Shown piece by piece: positions 29,996-41,469 of a stretch of 64,000 bases of DNA; the stretch's first letter is position 1; the number at the start of each line of letters is the position of its first letter. The position numbers were made by a program, and so were the translations under genes. The notes under the pieces are model-generated. The model was not told where the DNA came from and did no database searches. It worked only from the letters and a program-made list of their open reading frames with translations. The DNA is from Candidatus Obscuribacteraceae bacterium (GTDB taxonomy: Bacteria; Cyanobacteriota; Vampirovibrionia; Obscuribacterales; Obscuribacteraceae), in the NCBI GenBank assembly GCA_044226015.1, contig JBGAHS010000010.1:348793-412792 (forward strand). Reading direction: 5' to 3'.

Positions 29996-31501
29996 ATGAA
30001 CCAAACTATAGCCGCTCCGAAGGTCAAAATAGATCGCAAGTGGCAGCTCTATATCGATGGCAAGTTCGAAGATGGTGACTCCGAGCGTACACTCATCAAC
30101 CCCGCCAATGGTGCAGTCCTTTGCAAAGTGGCTGAAGCTTCTAAAGCACAGGTGGAAAAGGCAATTCAAGCTGCAAGAAAGGCTTTTGACGAAGGTCCAT
30201 GGCCGAGACTATCGGCGCAGGAAAGAGCAGCTTACTTGATGAAGTTGGCTGAGCAGGTTGATGAACACGCTGATGAGTTGGCTGAAATTGAGGTTCTTAA
30301 TGGTGGAAAGCCTCTTCGTGAGGCTAAATATGATGTGGCCGATGCTGCGGGCTGCTTCCGCTATTACGCCGGTTTAATCACTAAGCCCACAGGTCAGACA
30401 GTCGATGTTCCGGCTCCTTCTGTCACTCAAATCGTTCGTGAGCCGATAGGTGTATGTGGACAGATCATTCCATGGAACTATCCTCTTTTGATGGCTGCAT
30501 GGAAGCTGGCTCCGGCGCTGGCTGCAGGCAACACGCTAGTATTGAAGCCTAGCGAATTTACTCCTTTGTCCGCTGTTCGTCTTGCTGAATTCGTCAATGA
30601 AGTTGGAATTCCAGACGGCGTTGTGAACATCGTGCTAGGCGCAGGTCCGACAGCCGGTCAACCTCTTGCAGAAAGTCATCTCGTTGACAAAATTGCATTC
30701 ACTGGAAGCGTTAGGACTGGAAAAGTAATCGCGCAGGCTGCCCTCGGTAACTTGAAAAAAATCACTCTCGAACTTGGTGGTAAATCACCGATGATCGTAT
30801 TCGGAGACTACGATGTCGACACTGCTGTCGACTATGCTTTGTTCGCAATCTTCGCTAACAGCGGACAGGTTTGCTCGGCCGGTTCAAGATTCCTCGTTCA
30901 AGACAAGGTCTACGATGAGTTCCTCAAGAAGTTTGTTGAGCGCAGCAAAAAAATTACCGTTGGACCTGGACTAGATGAAAGCACCGAAATGGGACCACTA
31001 GTAAATGAAGTTCAATGGAACCGAGTTAAAGAGTACATTGAAATTGGTAAGAAAGAGGGCGCTAAGCTCGAAGTTGGTGGCGATTGCCCGCAAGGAAGCA
31101 AGTACGAAAAGGGCTTCTACATCAATCCGACAGTATTCAGCAACGTCAAGCAAGACATGCGCATTGTCCAAGAAGAAATCTTTGGACCAGTAGCTGTGGT
31201 GCAAAAATTCAGCAAAGAAGAAGAAGCTCTTTCTATGGCGAATGACTCTCCGTACGGTCTTGCTGGCGCTGTTTTCACAAACGACGTGACCCGCGCTTAT
31301 CGTGTAATCAAAGGTCTGCGCGCTGGCATTACCTGGATTAATGGATATCACTCAACCTACAACGAGTGCCCATGGGGTGGATATAAGCAAAGCGGATGGG
31401 GACGTGAGCTCGGAACCTTTGGCTTGGATGCTTACACTGAAGTGAAGCAAATCAACCTGAACCTTGCTCCTGAAGCCGTAGGCTGGTTCGAAAAGAAGTA
31501 G
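29996..31501 (+). CDS. NAD(P)-dependent aldehyde dehydrogenase (betaine/amino-aldehyde DH-like)
   Basis: GGAGG RBS before ATG 29996; IIPWNYP, FTGS, LELGGKSP, GQVCSAGSR, EEIFGPV. Confidence 0.95.
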   Translation: MNQTIAAPKVKIDRKWQLYIDGKFEDGDSERTLINPANGAVLCKVAEASKAQVEKAIQAARKAFDEGPWPRLSAQERAAYLMKLAEQVDEHADELAEIEVLNGGKPLREAKYDVADAAGCFRYYAGLITKPTGQTVDVPAPSVTQIVREPIGVCGQIIPWNYPLLMAAWKLAPALAAGNTLVLKPSEFTPLSAVRLAEFVNEVGIPDGVVNIVLGAGPTAGQPLAESHLVDKIAFTGSVRTGKVIAQAALGNLKKITLELGGKSPMIVFGDYDVDTAVDYALFAIFANSGQVCSAGSRFLVQDKVYDEFLKKFVERSKKITVGPGLDESTEMGPLVNEVQWNRVKEYIEIGKKEGAKLEVGGDCPQGSKYEKGFYINPTVFSNVKQDMRIVQEEIFGPVAVVQKFSKEEEALSMANDSPYGLAGAVFTNDVTRAYRVIKGLRAGITWINGYHSTYNECPWGGYKQSGWGRELGTFGLDAYTEVKQINLNLAPEAVGWFEKK

Positions 31502-31536
31502 GAGCAGAGCAATGATAAATTGCTCTTGATGGTAGT

Positions 31537-31566
31537 AGCCAGGGCTATTTAAAGCCCTGGCTTTTT
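31537..31566 (+). terminator. Intrinsic terminator after the aldehyde dehydrogenase gene
   Basis: AGCCAGGGCT-attta a-AGCCCTGGCT followed by TTTT. Confidence 0.8.
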
Positions 31567-31580
31567 GTGAGAGAAATGCT

Positions 31581-32987
31581 ATGTCGCGAAGATCAAATGT
31601 ATCGATACTACTGATAGTGCTATTCCTATTCCAGTTGGCAGCAGCGTCATTCGCTGCTGCGCCCAAGGCCCAAGGTACTGATGATTTCCTTGACACCATT
31701 GAGAAGGCTCACTTCAAGTATTTTATTGAGAACAGCGAAGAAAACGGGCTTACGATGGACAGCTCAAGGAAGGACACCGCATCTAGTATCGCTGCTGTAG
31801 GCTTTTCTCTGACTTCATATGTGGTGGCATCTGAGCGCGGTTACATTCTCCAACAAGATGCGCGCAACTACTGTCTGAAAACTTTAAAGACGCTCTGGAA
31901 TCTGCCTCAGGGACCTGGCACCTCCGGAGTTTCTGGGTACAAAGGTTTCTTCTACCACTTTCTTGACCGCAAAACCGGATTGCGCACTTGGAACTGTGAG
32001 CTTTCGACGATTGATACAGCATTATTGATGGCGGGTGTTTTGACTGCGGGACAATATTTCACTGGCAAAGATGCAGAAGAAACGCAAATTCGTGACTATG
32101 CAAAAAAGCTTTTTGATCGCGTGGAGTGGGATTGGATGTATCGCCCAAGCGGTTACATCAGCATGGGGTGGAACCCTGAGCCAGGCAAAGGGTTTCTTTC
32201 TGCGGAATGGTCTATGTTTTGCGAGGGACCTATTCTAATTTTGCTTGCGGCAGGCTCCACTACACATCCGGTTCCCGCAGAGGCCTGGTCTAATTATTGC
32301 AAGAACTACAAAACTGATACCGCCTATGGAAGAGATCTTGGAGAAGGCAAAAAGCAAGAGAGAATCTCATTTGCTCCTACCTATGGATTTCAGTATCCAG
32401 CCTGTTGGATAGATTTTCGTGGACTAGAGGACCCCGCTAGCAAAAAGTTTGGTTTCGATTATTTTGAGAACGCAAAGCGCATTCTACTTGCTCAATATGA
32501 ATATGCTCTGGCAAATCCGATGGGCTGGCGCCAGTATGGCAAAGATTGCTGGGGGCTCACAGCCTGTGATGGACCTGGAGACAGTAAGAAGGAATACAAC
32601 GGCAAGAAGGCAGAGTTTCGCGGCTATTCTGCTCGTGGTTGTCCGAATGACTTCGATGATGGCACGATTGCACCAACTGCAATCGGCGCGTCAATTCCAT
32701 ATGCACCAGATTTGGTGATTGATACTTTGAAAACATGGAAAGAGAAAAGACCGGAAATATGGGGTGACTGCGGGTTTCATGATGCCTTCAATCCATCATT
32801 TGATGAGACGCAACCATCTGGATGGGTCGACCCTGCTTATCTGGGAATCGACCAGGGTCCAATCGTAGTCATGACTGAAAATTTCCGGACTCAATTTATT
32901 TGGGACCTCATGAAGCACAATAGTGTGATTCGTCGAGGATTGGTTCGCAGCGGTTTTTCCGGTGGCTGGTTGGCGGCAAAAGAATAA
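31581..32987 (+). CDS. Exported glucoamylase-like/GH144 family protein (putative endo-beta-1,2-glucanase)
   Basis: SIAAVGF, GFFYHF, ELSTIDTALLMAG, MGWNPE, WGLTACDGP, DGTIAP, GIDQGP. Confidence 0.85.
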   Translation: MSRRSNVSILLIVLFLFQLAAASFAAAPKAQGTDDFLDTIEKAHFKYFIENSEENGLTMDSSRKDTASSIAAVGFSLTSYVVASERGYILQQDARNYCLKTLKTLWNLPQGPGTSGVSGYKGFFYHFLDRKTGLRTWNCELSTIDTALLMAGVLTAGQYFTGKDAEETQIRDYAKKLFDRVEWDWMYRPSGYISMGWNPEPGKGFLSAEWSMFCEGPILILLAAGSTTHPVPAEAWSNYCKNYKTDTAYGRDLGEGKKQERISFAPTYGFQYPACWIDFRGLEDPASKKFGFDYFENAKRILLAQYEYALANPMGWRQYGKDCWGLTACDGPGDSKKEYNGKKAEFRGYSARGCPNDFDDGTIAPTAIGASIPYAPDLVIDTLKTWKEKRPEIWGDCGFHDAFNPSFDETQPSGWVDPAYLGIDQGPIVVMTENFRTQFIWDLMKHNSVIRRGLVRSGFSGGWLAAKE

Positions 32988-33282
32988 TCCGATACATATA
33001 CATTTCGAAATTCCTAAGGCTTTCTAATCGAGATTGCGCTTAATCTTCAATAACTATAGATCTACCGAAGGCATCATGTCCTGCCTCTAAACACTCTGCC
33101 TGCTTGGCTTCTTGTCGGTGTGCTGCTTTTTTCACATGCAGATGTACTTGTGCTGTACATTGTATTAGTTGTGGAGAAGACATTGTAGAATCTTTCGCTG
33201 TCTTGATTGTGTGATGACATTTTTCGCATTCGAGATATTGGTGTGAGGGAAACCCACACAGATCCCGCAGGAGATTCTAAGA

Positions 33283-33792
33283 ATGGAAATACGCAGAGCC
33301 GAACCGCAAGACATTGAAGCCGTGCTTCCATTGTTTGTCGCCTACAGAGAATTTTACAAGCGAGAAACCGACCTTTCAAAAGCAAAAAGCTTTCTCAGCG
33401 ATAACCTTGAACTTGGCAAATCAGTTATTTTTATCGCCTACGATGAATTTGCCAGAGCCGTAGGCTTTGCCCAGCTGTATTTGCAGGTTTCGTCGCTCTC
33501 AATGTCGACCTACATTTATCTGTCTGATCTCTTTGTTGACTCACAATTGAGATCGAAAGGGTTTGGCAATGAGTTGCTTAACGCAGTTAACGCGTATGGT
33601 ACCGCAATTGGTGCCAAGACCATTCAGCTTGAAACTGCAGAATCAAATGTGCAGGCTCAAAAATTGTACGAATCTTGTGGATATAAGTGGGACAAAGAGT
33701 TCAGAACATACGTTCTCGACAAGGCTGTTGCGCCTGCGACTGTGGTCAAAACAAGCCAGACCATGGTTGTTGAAAGCGGCTTTAAATCCTGA
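33283..33792 (+). CDS. GNAT family N-acetyltransferase
   Basis: LSDLFV...RSKGFG..LL; LETAESNVQAQKLYESCG. Confidence 0.92.
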   Translation: MEIRRAEPQDIEAVLPLFVAYREFYKRETDLSKAKSFLSDNLELGKSVIFIAYDEFARAVGFAQLYLQVSSLSMSTYIYLSDLFVDSQLRSKGFGNELLNAVNAYGTAIGAKTIQLETAESNVQAQKLYESCGYKWDKEFRTYVLDKAVAPATVVKTSQTMVVESGFKS

Positions 33793-34060
33793 GTCGCCAA
33801 GATCCTGCTAATTTTCTTCGTTAACACGTCGTCTGTTTAGAGTTCAAGCTTGAGCATTATGCAGATGAAGTTCTCTTTACAACGACGCTGAGCTGTCACC
33901 TTAAGTGCTATTGCTAAAACAAATATCAGGTGCATAATGACTAAAATAATGAACAAGTTTTCCTGTGTTTCACTTAAGAAAGGTCAGAAAGCGGGAGCGA
34001 ACGGCAGATAATTTGTCTTACAGAAGATTGGCAAAAATTCACACATGAACTGGAAACACC

Positions 34061-34088
34061 TTGGCATGCTTGAAAGTCGTGTTAGAAT
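34061..34088 (+). promoter_or_regulatory. Candidate sigma70-type promoter for the bamA operon
   Basis: TTGGCA-16 nt-TAGAAT with TG extension, 30 bp before the ATG. Confidence 0.4.
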
Positions 34089-34118
34089 ATAGCCTCAAAA
34101 TCCCGAGAAAGATTCACT

Positions 34119-36191
34119 ATGGGAATATTTCCGAAGTCCGCCAACAAAATAAGAAAAGCGAGTTCACTGCTTCTTGTATCACTTTTGGCGCAGGGGATCG
34201 CTCAATGGCATTGTGCAGCATTCGCTGACGAGCCTGTATTCAAAGTTCCGAGTCTATCAGGTGAGGCTTCGGCTACATCAGTAACCAGCGAGAGTGCCAC
34301 CGCATCTGGTGATGGTGCTGGCGCTGGCGATTCTGCAGCTGTTCCTGATGTCGGCGGCAAAGATTTAACCGTTGAAGATGTGACCATTGAAGGAAATCGT
34401 CTCGTTCCTACAGAGCACATTTTGAATGTAGTCAAAACTCGCAAGGGTGATAAGTTTGATCGCAACCAAATCGTGCAAGATTTGAAAGCGGTTAATGGAA
34501 TGGGTTACTTCGATGATAGAAGCTTGCAGGCTGTGCCTGAGCTGTCTGGTAGCCGTGTACTTCTGAAAATTCGTGTGCAAGAAAATGCACCCGTAACTGA
34601 ATTCGCATTTCAGGGCAATTCTGTCATGTCCAATGAAGAATTGGCAAAGCTGTTTACTGATCAAATTGGTAAACCGCAAAACCTGACCCAGTTATCTTCG
34701 GCTATCGACAAGGTCGAGCAGTCTTATCACGAAAAGGGATTTACTCTCGCTCGAGTTACTGACGTAAAGGATGACCCAGATGGGAGCATACATCTTCAAA
34801 TCGATGAAGGTGTAATCAACAGTATTCAGATATCTGGAAACAAGAAGACCAAAGATTTTATCGTTCGAAACAACATAAAGCTCAAGCCTGGCTCCGTTTA
34901 CAACGAAAAGCAGTTAACTGCTGACCTGCGCAAGCTTTATGACGATGGATATTTCCAGGACATTCGGCGAAGTTTGAGTCCTTCAAACAGCGACCCTGAT
35001 AAGTATGATTTGAAGGTAGAGCTAGACGAAAAGCGCACCGCATCTATCGGACTTGGTGGCGGTGTGGATGCGATTGCAGGTCCTTTCGGAAACTTTAGCG
35101 CATCTGATTCCAACTTTAGAGGAAGAGGACAGCTTCTATCTTTCAACAGCCAGGTGGGTTCTGGTTTGATGAATAGTTTCACTAACAATTTCAATAATGG
35201 TGGCAGCAACTTCATACCGAATGCTCGCACTTATCAGGTTGAAGCAAACTTTGTTGACCCTCATTTCAAAGGAACTAACACAGCTCTTACCGTCAACCCA
35301 TTTGCACGCAGTCTTGGCAGCATGGTTTTAGACAATGCTATGCAACGTTCACTCGGAACCAGTGTAAGTTTCTCTCGTAAGTTGAGTGAAAAATGGACGG
35401 GTAGTCTCGGATTCCTTGGTGAAAATGTTTCGCTGCGAAGCGTAGAGAATCTAACTAACTCAAGTGACATTGTTCAGCGTGCAATTCAAACTGGCAGAGC
35501 GAATTCGCTCAACGCTTTGAACTACGCAAACGGTATCAGAAGCAATGCACTCAAAGGCGGAGCCTATATTGGCATCAATCCATCATTGGTGCGCGACACT
35601 CGTGAAGGCACGAGCTTTGACCCTCACAAAGGCTCTTATACAAGATTGTCGGGTGGACCTAATGTGGGTCTGACCGGTAATTCATTCGTCAAATTGTTTG
35701 CAAGCCATTCCAAGTATATTCCTGTTGGAAAGGACAAAACCTTTGCGTTCAACGTGACTGGTGGCTCTGGCTTTGGTTCTATGCCTCAATTCTCAAGCTA
35801 TATGCTTGGCGGTTTGAACGGAGTTAGAGGCTATCGAATGTTTTCAGATTTGGGAACTGGCACCAGTATGTTGATGGCGAGTGCTGAATTTAGAATGCCT
35901 TTGCCAATTCCTAAAGGTAGCCCAAGTTCGAAAGCCGGAGCCGTTGTTAATGGTATTCATAACAATGTGCGCCTGGTTGCTTTTGCTGATGGTGGTGCCG
36001 TTGGTGGTAGTTCGTTGTATAACTCGCTCTACTCGCGAGGCAACTTTGGCGCTTCCGTTGGTTTAGGTTTGCGTATGAAGGTACCTTATCTTGGTCTTAT
36101 TAGCTTGAACTATGGTTTGCCACTGGTAGCGCCTTTGTATGGTGGAAAGATTGTGCCACGATTCACCTTGGGATTTGGCGACAAGTTTTAA
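34119..36191 (+). CDS. bamA: Omp85/BamA outer-membrane assembly protein (about 3 POTRA domains)
   Basis: POTRA repeats (IEGN, FQGN, ISGNKKTK); NFRGRGQ; LGGLNGVRGY; C-terminal Phe. Confidence 0.92.
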   Translation: MGIFPKSANKIRKASSLLLVSLLAQGIAQWHCAAFADEPVFKVPSLSGEASATSVTSESATASGDGAGAGDSAAVPDVGGKDLTVEDVTIEGNRLVPTEHILNVVKTRKGDKFDRNQIVQDLKAVNGMGYFDDRSLQAVPELSGSRVLLKIRVQENAPVTEFAFQGNSVMSNEELAKLFTDQIGKPQNLTQLSSAIDKVEQSYHEKGFTLARVTDVKDDPDGSIHLQIDEGVINSIQISGNKKTKDFIVRNNIKLKPGSVYNEKQLTADLRKLYDDGYFQDIRRSLSPSNSDPDKYDLKVELDEKRTASIGLGGGVDAIAGPFGNFSASDSNFRGRGQLLSFNSQVGSGLMNSFTNNFNNGGSNFIPNARTYQVEANFVDPHFKGTNTALTVNPFARSLGSMVLDNAMQRSLGTSVSFSRKLSEKWTGSLGFLGENVSLRSVENLTNSSDIVQRAIQTGRANSLNALNYANGIRSNALKGGAYIGINPSLVRDTREGTSFDPHKGSYTRLSGGPNVGLTGNSFVKLFASHSKYIPVGKDKTFAFNVTGGSGFGSMPQFSSYMLGGLNGVRGYRMFSDLGTGTSMLMASAEFRMPLPIPKGSPSSKAGAVVNGIHNNVRLVAFADGGAVGGSSLYNSLYSRGNFGASVGLGLRMKVPYLGLISLNYGLPLVAPLYGGKIVPRFTLGFGDKF

Positions 36192-36426
36192 GTAGAAATA
36201 ACGAAGGCGCTTTGGCAATCTTTGCTTGATTGAGTAGAGCGGGTAGAGTCGAAAGTGCTTATAGCGCATACGATCGCGGCACATTTGTTTGGCGTAATGA
36301 TCGCTCTGCAATCTACTAGATATACGGGATCCAAGCTATTACAAAGCGAGACAGCGCAGTCTCGTTTGTTGTAAACTGACCCCGGTGAAAAATCCTGCTC
36401 ATAGATTTGTATTTGTGGAGAAGAGA

Positions 36427-36933
36427 ATGCGTAACTCTCAAAAGGCTTTGTTGCTCTCAGTCAGCGCACTATTGTCAGTGTCAGCCGTGACACCTGCCCT
36501 CGCTCAAGCGCCGGCTACACCTAAAGTGATCGGCGTTATCGATCGCGATAAAGTTGTTAGCGGTTATAACAAAGCGCAAACCGCCTTCGATGATTTGAAG
36601 AAAGGCGAAGAAAAGGTTCAAAAGCTAGTTGAAGGCGCCAACAAGCAATACGAAGATGCTAAGAAGGCGAACAAATCAGCTGTAGAGTTGGAAGGGCTTC
36701 AGAAGCGCCTCCAAACTGAAATTGATAACGAAGTGAAGAAGTTGCAAGCCAACATTCAAGGCATTGAAACTCAGCTCGAAAACGAAATTGACAAGGCGAT
36801 TCAAGCTGAAGCTACAGCTCACAAAGTTGATGTTGTGTTGATGAAGCAAGCGGTCCTCATGGGTGGTGTCGACATCACTGATGGAGTCGTGAAGAGACTT
36901 GCCGCATCCCCAGCAGCAGCAACAAAGAAATAA
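36427..36933 (+). CDS. skp: OmpH/Skp periplasmic chaperone
   Basis: GGAG RBS; signal peptide; IGVID, coiled coil, GGVDITDGV; follows bamA. Confidence 0.88.
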   Translation: MRNSQKALLLSVSALLSVSAVTPALAQAPATPKVIGVIDRDKVVSGYNKAQTAFDDLKKGEEKVQKLVEGANKQYEDAKKANKSAVELEGLQKRLQTEIDNEVKKLQANIQGIETQLENEIDKAIQAEATAHKVDVVLMKQAVLMGGVDITDGVVKRLAASPAAATKK

Positions 36934-36958
36934 GCTGAACTGGTTACAAGCATGTTGA

Positions 36959-36999
36959 AAGCTGGTAGTGCCGCCTAGCATTGCCAGCTTCTCGTTTTT
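36959..36999 (+). terminator. Hairpin/terminator between skp and lpxD
   Basis: AAGCTGGTAGTGC/GCATTGCCAGCTT followed by CTCGTTTTT. Confidence 0.5.
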
Positions 37000-37018
37000 A
37001 TATTTTGGAGAAAGAGAG

Positions 37019-38170
37019 ATGAAACTTCCAAGAGAAGTCAGTATTCATGAAAGTGCCGCCCTGATTTCGGGTAAGGTTCAAGCAGAAAGCGACGTTAAAG
37101 TTCACAGCGTGTGCTTCACGCCCATGGATGCAACAGAGGGAGAAGTCGTTTTTCTCTTCGATCCTAAACTTGTGGATAGGCTCGACAAATGCAATGCGTC
37201 AATCAAAATTATTCCGACCGGAACTAAGTGTGACACCCCCTGCATTTTTGTTGATAGACCACTACTCGCGGTGCAACGGGTTCTGAGTTTCTTTCAAGGA
37301 AAACGGTATTATCCAGAAAAGGGTGTGCATCCATCGGCATTCGTTGACCCCAGCTGCGAACTAGGAAAAGATGTTGCAATTGGTCCGCTTGTCGTAATTG
37401 GTCCTAATACCAAAATTGGTGACAACAGCATTATTATGGCGTCGTGTGTTATCGGCGGGCAGGTGGAAATCGGTGAAGGTTGTTTGCTCTACCCCGGATG
37501 CTTGGTTGCTGACCACGTGAAAATTCGTAACCGAGTCATTCTGCAACAGGGAGCAGTGCTAGGTAGTGATGGATTTGCTTACGTTACTGAAAAGGAATCG
37601 AATCTAGAGCGTCGTATGAGGGGAGATACCAATCTCGCTCAAGAGTCCAATCCGCATTTGAAAATTCCACAGATTGGAACTGTCATCGTAGAAGATGATG
37701 TGGAGATTGGTTCTTGCTCAACAATCGATAGAGCCACCATGGGTGCCACCGTCATAGGTCGTGGTTCTAAGATAGATAATCAAGTCATGATTGCCCATAA
37801 CTGTAAGTTGGGCGAAGAGGTCCTGGTTGTCGCTCAAGTGGCGATAGCAGGTTCATGCAATATAGGTGACCGTGTAATTGTCGCTGGCCAGGCAGGTATT
37901 GCAGACCACCTGAAAGTAGGTAACGATGTAATCGTCCAAGCCCTTGCAGGTGTCATGCGTGACATCGAACCTGGTGCAGTTATGTGTGGTGTTCCAGCTG
38001 TTCCAGCCAGAAACTTCATGGACACGTTTGCACATTTGCGTCGCCTGCCAAAAATGGCGGACGAAGTCAGAAAAATGAAAAAAGAAATCGCTGAGTTGAA
38101 GGCAATGCTCGCTGACAAGCAGCTTGCTGCCGCAAGTTCGGAGTCTGGGCATGGTCACGACAAAAACTGA
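37019..38170 (+). CDS. lpxD: UDP-3-O-(3-hydroxyacyl)glucosamine N-acyltransferase
   Basis: Hexapeptide repeats; [36 protein letters not shown]. Confidence 0.95.
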   Translation: MKLPREVSIHESAALISGKVQAESDVKVHSVCFTPMDATEGEVVFLFDPKLVDRLDKCNASIKIIPTGTKCDTPCIFVDRPLLAVQRVLSFFQGKRYYPEKGVHPSAFVDPSCELGKDVAIGPLVVIGPNTKIGDNSIIMASCVIGGQVEIGEGCLLYPGCLVADHVKIRNRVILQQGAVLGSDGFAYVTEKESNLERRMRGDTNLAQESNPHLKIPQIGTVIVEDDVEIGSCSTIDRATMGATVIGRGSKIDNQVMIAHNCKLGEEVLVVAQVAIAGSCNIGDRVIVAGQAGIADHLKVGNDVIVQALAGVMRDIEPGAVMCGVPAVPARNFMDTFAHLRRLPKMADEVRKMKKEIAELKAMLADKQLAAASSESGHGHDKN

Positions 38171-38960
38171 GTCTGAAATCGTTTATTCCGGAAAAGGAAT
38201 TACTTCAAAGCAAGACGTAAGTGTGAAAATTTCGCATGCGGAAGCTGGGCACGGAATAGTTTTTCGTATTCCAGACAAGAAAAACGATGGTCAATTTATC
38301 GACGTTCCGGCGAAAGTTTCAAGCGTAGTAAACACGCTACGCAATGTCACGCTCGGTGTAGGACCCAGCCGACTGATTTTGGTTGAACACATTCTGTGCG
38401 CTGTGGCCTTGTGGGGGCTCGAAGATTTGCTTATCGAAGTAGTTGGTCCTGAGATTCCACTTGCTGATGGCAGTGCAATGTTCTGGATTGATTTGCTCGA
38501 ATCAGCTGCGTGGGAACGCCGTCAAATCGTGGCTGACATAGAATTGAAGGAACCGCTTGTCGTCAAAAAGGGCGATCGCTTGCTTATGGCGATTCCAGAT
38601 GATCAGTTCTCGGTCAATTACATGATGGATTACAACCACCCAATGATTGGCAAAATCTGGCAGTCATGGTCGGCTAATCAAAACCCTCGTGAAATCGGCG
38701 ATGCGCGCACGTTCGGTTCAGAAAAAGAGCATATGATGCTCGGCATTGGCGATGAAGTGGTAAGTATGACCACTGATGGATTCAGCAAAGATTTGCGCTG
38801 GTCGGATGAGCCTGTGCGCCATAAGCTTTTGGATCTGGTGGGTGATCTGGTGCTCGCCGGGGTTAATCCTCTGCGATGGAAAGCTCGTTTCATCAGCATT
38901 AAAGGTGGACATGAGATGGATGTTGATTTAGCCAAGAAGCTGGCGCCATTGCTCGGCTAA
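38151..38960 (+). CDS. lpxC: UDP-3-O-acyl-N-acetylglucosamine deacetylase
   Basis: [36 protein letters not shown]. Confidence 0.92.
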   Translation: MVTTKTESEIVYSGKGITSKQDVSVKISHAEAGHGIVFRIPDKKNDGQFIDVPAKVSSVVNTLRNVTLGVGPSRLILVEHILCAVALWGLEDLLIEVVGPEIPLADGSAMFWIDLLESAAWERRQIVADIELKEPLVVKKGDRLLMAIPDDQFSVNYMMDYNHPMIGKIWQSWSANQNPREIGDARTFGSEKEHMMLGIGDEVVSMTTDGFSKDLRWSDEPVRHKLLDLVGDLVLAGVNPLRWKARFISIKGGHEMDVDLAKKLAPLLG

Positions 38961-38974
38961 GTCATCTAATTGTT

Positions 38975-39388
38975 TTGTCTGAGGCAATCATGATGAAATT
39001 AGAGAGAGAAACTTACTCGTCTGGTACGAAGTGGGAGCCGTTTGTTGGATACTCTCGTGCTGTGAAAAAGGGTCCGTTCATTTGGGTATCTGGTACCACA
39101 GCAACAGATGAGAGCGGCAATATTGTTGGCGGCGATGATTCATATGCTCAGACAGTGCAAATTTTGAAAAACGTCAAACGTGCGCTTCAGGCTTTTGGTG
39201 CTGATTTCACAGATGTTGTGCGAACTAGAATCTTTGTGCGGAACATATCGGAATGGGACAAGATTGGAAAAGCTCATGGTGAAGTGTTCTCCGATATAAG
39301 ACCTGCTACTTCCATGATCGAAGTGAGTCGATTTATCGATGAGAGAATGCTTGTCGAAATAGAAGTTGATGCTGTCCTGAATTCCTGA
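38975..39388 (+). CDS. RidA/YjgF family protein
   Basis: [38 protein letters not shown]. Confidence 0.92.
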   Translation: MSEAIMMKLERETYSSGTKWEPFVGYSRAVKKGPFIWVSGTTATDESGNIVGGDDSYAQTVQILKNVKRALQAFGADFTDVVRTRIFVRNISEWDKIGKAHGEVFSDIRPATSMIEVSRFIDERMLVEIEVDAVLNS

Positions 39389-39543
39389 AGTTTCGTTATT
39401 ATGGGCAAGCCAATTCGGGTGTCTGATTTCTGTGTATCCTGTGCTCAAATTGGAGATCAAGAAATCGTAAAGGTCATAATGGACACATCCTTTTCACAGT
39501 TGTCGGATACACTACTAAATAGATAGTGCTGTTGGGTTGGCAT

Positions 39544-40218
39544 ATGGCAAAAATTCTCCTGGTAGAAGATGAGCGCGACCTTGCTCTTTTAATTAGCGAT
39601 TGGCTTAAGAAACGAGAACATCACCTGGTTGAGCATCTGGACAATGGAACTAATGCTTACGACACAATTCAAGTCAACAAGTACGATGTCATAATTCTCG
39701 ACATCATGCTTCCCGGAATGAGTGGGCTCGACATCTGCAGTCAGTTTCGAAAAGCTCGCGGAACTACGCCCATTCTCATGCTCACTGCGAAAAACACAGT
39801 TGAGGACAAAGAACTCGGCTTGGATGTAGGTGCTGACGACTACATTACTAAACCATTTGCCTTGAAAGAACTGGCGGCTCGTGTGCGTGCTCTTTTGCGT
39901 CGCGGAACCAGTCTGCCGAGCAATCAACTAAACATAAGGGACATTGTCATTGACCCTGTCGACTATTCAGTGAGCAAATCTGGGAAGTCAGTCCATTTGC
40001 TTCCTCAAGAGTTTCGTTTGCTAGAGTTTTTCGCCAGGCATCCGAATCAAGTATTTAGCGCAGAGGAATTACTGGCTAGCGTCTGGGAGTCTGATACCCC
40101 TGCTATGCTCGACACAGTGCGAGGTCACATTAAGCGAATCAGGCAGAAACTTGATACTCCCTCTGAAAGTTCAATCATCACTAACGTTTACGGTGTAGGA
40201 TATAAGCTCGAATCTTAA
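39544..40218 (+). CDS. OmpR-family response regulator
   Basis: KILLVEDE, LDIMLPG, GADDYITKPF, winged helix ending VYGVGYK. Confidence 0.95.
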   Translation: MAKILLVEDERDLALLISDWLKKREHHLVEHLDNGTNAYDTIQVNKYDVIILDIMLPGMSGLDICSQFRKARGTTPILMLTAKNTVEDKELGLDVGADDYITKPFALKELAARVRALLRRGTSLPSNQLNIRDIVIDPVDYSVSKSGKSVHLLPQEFRLLEFFARHPNQVFSAEELLASVWESDTPAMLDTVRGHIKRIRQKLDTPSESSIITNVYGVGYKLES

Positions 40219-40239
40219 CTGAGCGAAAGCATCAAGCTG

Positions 40240-41469
40240 ATGATCCAGGCACTTAGGCGTAAGCTAACAATTCTCTTTCTTACGTTATTCCTGACCATCT
40301 ATGGTGTGGGCGGCGGTGCAGCCTTGCTGGTTTTCTTTTCTGGATTGAGCACTGCGCTTTATGAGGAAATAGATGACCTGTCGTCAGAAATTATGCCTGC
40401 GATAACTCTGACTCCAACTACGCCTTCGTTGAAAACTTGGGCGGCGGCCGCAACAAAAGAGAAATTGAAATACCCTGCTGGTATTCAAATTTTTGATAAA
40501 GACAAGAACTTACTGGAGTCATACGGTCTTTCCGGTAAAGACCTTAGAACCGGCGAGTTCACGCTTCAAGTCAATGGAAAGCCTATTGGATTGATTTCCA
40601 AGTTTGAGAAACTGAAATTTGAAAACAAGCTCATCGGCTATTTGCAAATTCAAATGGCTACTGAAACTCGCGACGAAGCTGTTTGGCATTTTGGATTTGC
40701 GATGCTTTTGATTTTGCCATTCCTGGCAGTACTAGTCACGTTTGCAGGATATTTCTTTTCTGGACTTGCAATTAAACCTGTAGAGAAAAGCTTACAGGTC
40801 TTAAAAACATTTGTTGCTGATGCAGGACACGAATTCAACACTCCTATCAGCATCGTAGAGGCGAGCCTTGACACGCTTGAGGAAATTCTCACGGAAAATG
40901 GCATCGGGCTGGAGATTCTGCATATCATCGGTCGAGCAAGTAACACAATGAAAGAGCTGTCCAATGACCTCATTTATCTTGCGAAAATCGATAACCCCGG
41001 AGCCGATTTGTCTAAGGAGCTCATTTCTATTCAAGACATTGTTATTCCGCCAATCGAAGGAGTGATGGAACTGGCTCGCACGAAACAAATTGAGCTGACG
41101 CACAGTTCAATTCCCGACGTCAAAATCCGTGGAAATTTATACTCATTGAGAATGATGATTTCAAATCTTTTGACGAATGCGCTCAAATACACTGACGCTG
41201 GTGGAACTGTAAATGTCAAAGTCAATCAAGATGGAAATCGCGTCCTCATAAGTGTCGAAGATTCGGGAATTGGTATTCCTCAATCGAGTCTTGATCATAT
41301 TTTTGATCGCTTTTATCGTGTCGATGAGTCACGCAATAGAGCAGCGGGGGGATCTGGTCTTGGGCTGGCCATAGTCAAGGCAGTTTTGGAACGGCATCAG
41401 GCTGACATTGATGTTCGGAGTACTCCGGGTAAAGGAAGTACATTCACTGTCCGAATGCATAGAGCCTGA
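40240..41469 (+). CDS. Sensor histidine kinase (2 TM)
   Basis: ADAGHEFNTP, NLLTNALKY, DSGIGI, FDRFYR, GSGLGL. Confidence 0.95.
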   Translation: MIQALRRKLTILFLTLFLTIYGVGGGAALLVFFSGLSTALYEEIDDLSSEIMPAITLTPTTPSLKTWAAAATKEKLKYPAGIQIFDKDKNLLESYGLSGKDLRTGEFTLQVNGKPIGLISKFEKLKFENKLIGYLQIQMATETRDEAVWHFGFAMLLILPFLAVLVTFAGYFFSGLAIKPVEKSLQVLKTFVADAGHEFNTPISIVEASLDTLEEILTENGIGLEILHIIGRASNTMKELSNDLIYLAKIDNPGADLSKELISIQDIVIPPIEGVMELARTKQIELTHSSIPDVKIRGNLYSLRMMISNLLTNALKYTDAGGTVNVKVNQDGNRVLISVEDSGIGIPQSSLDHIFDRFYRVDESRNRAAGGSGLGLAIVKAVLERHQADIDVRSTPGKGSTFTVRMHRA

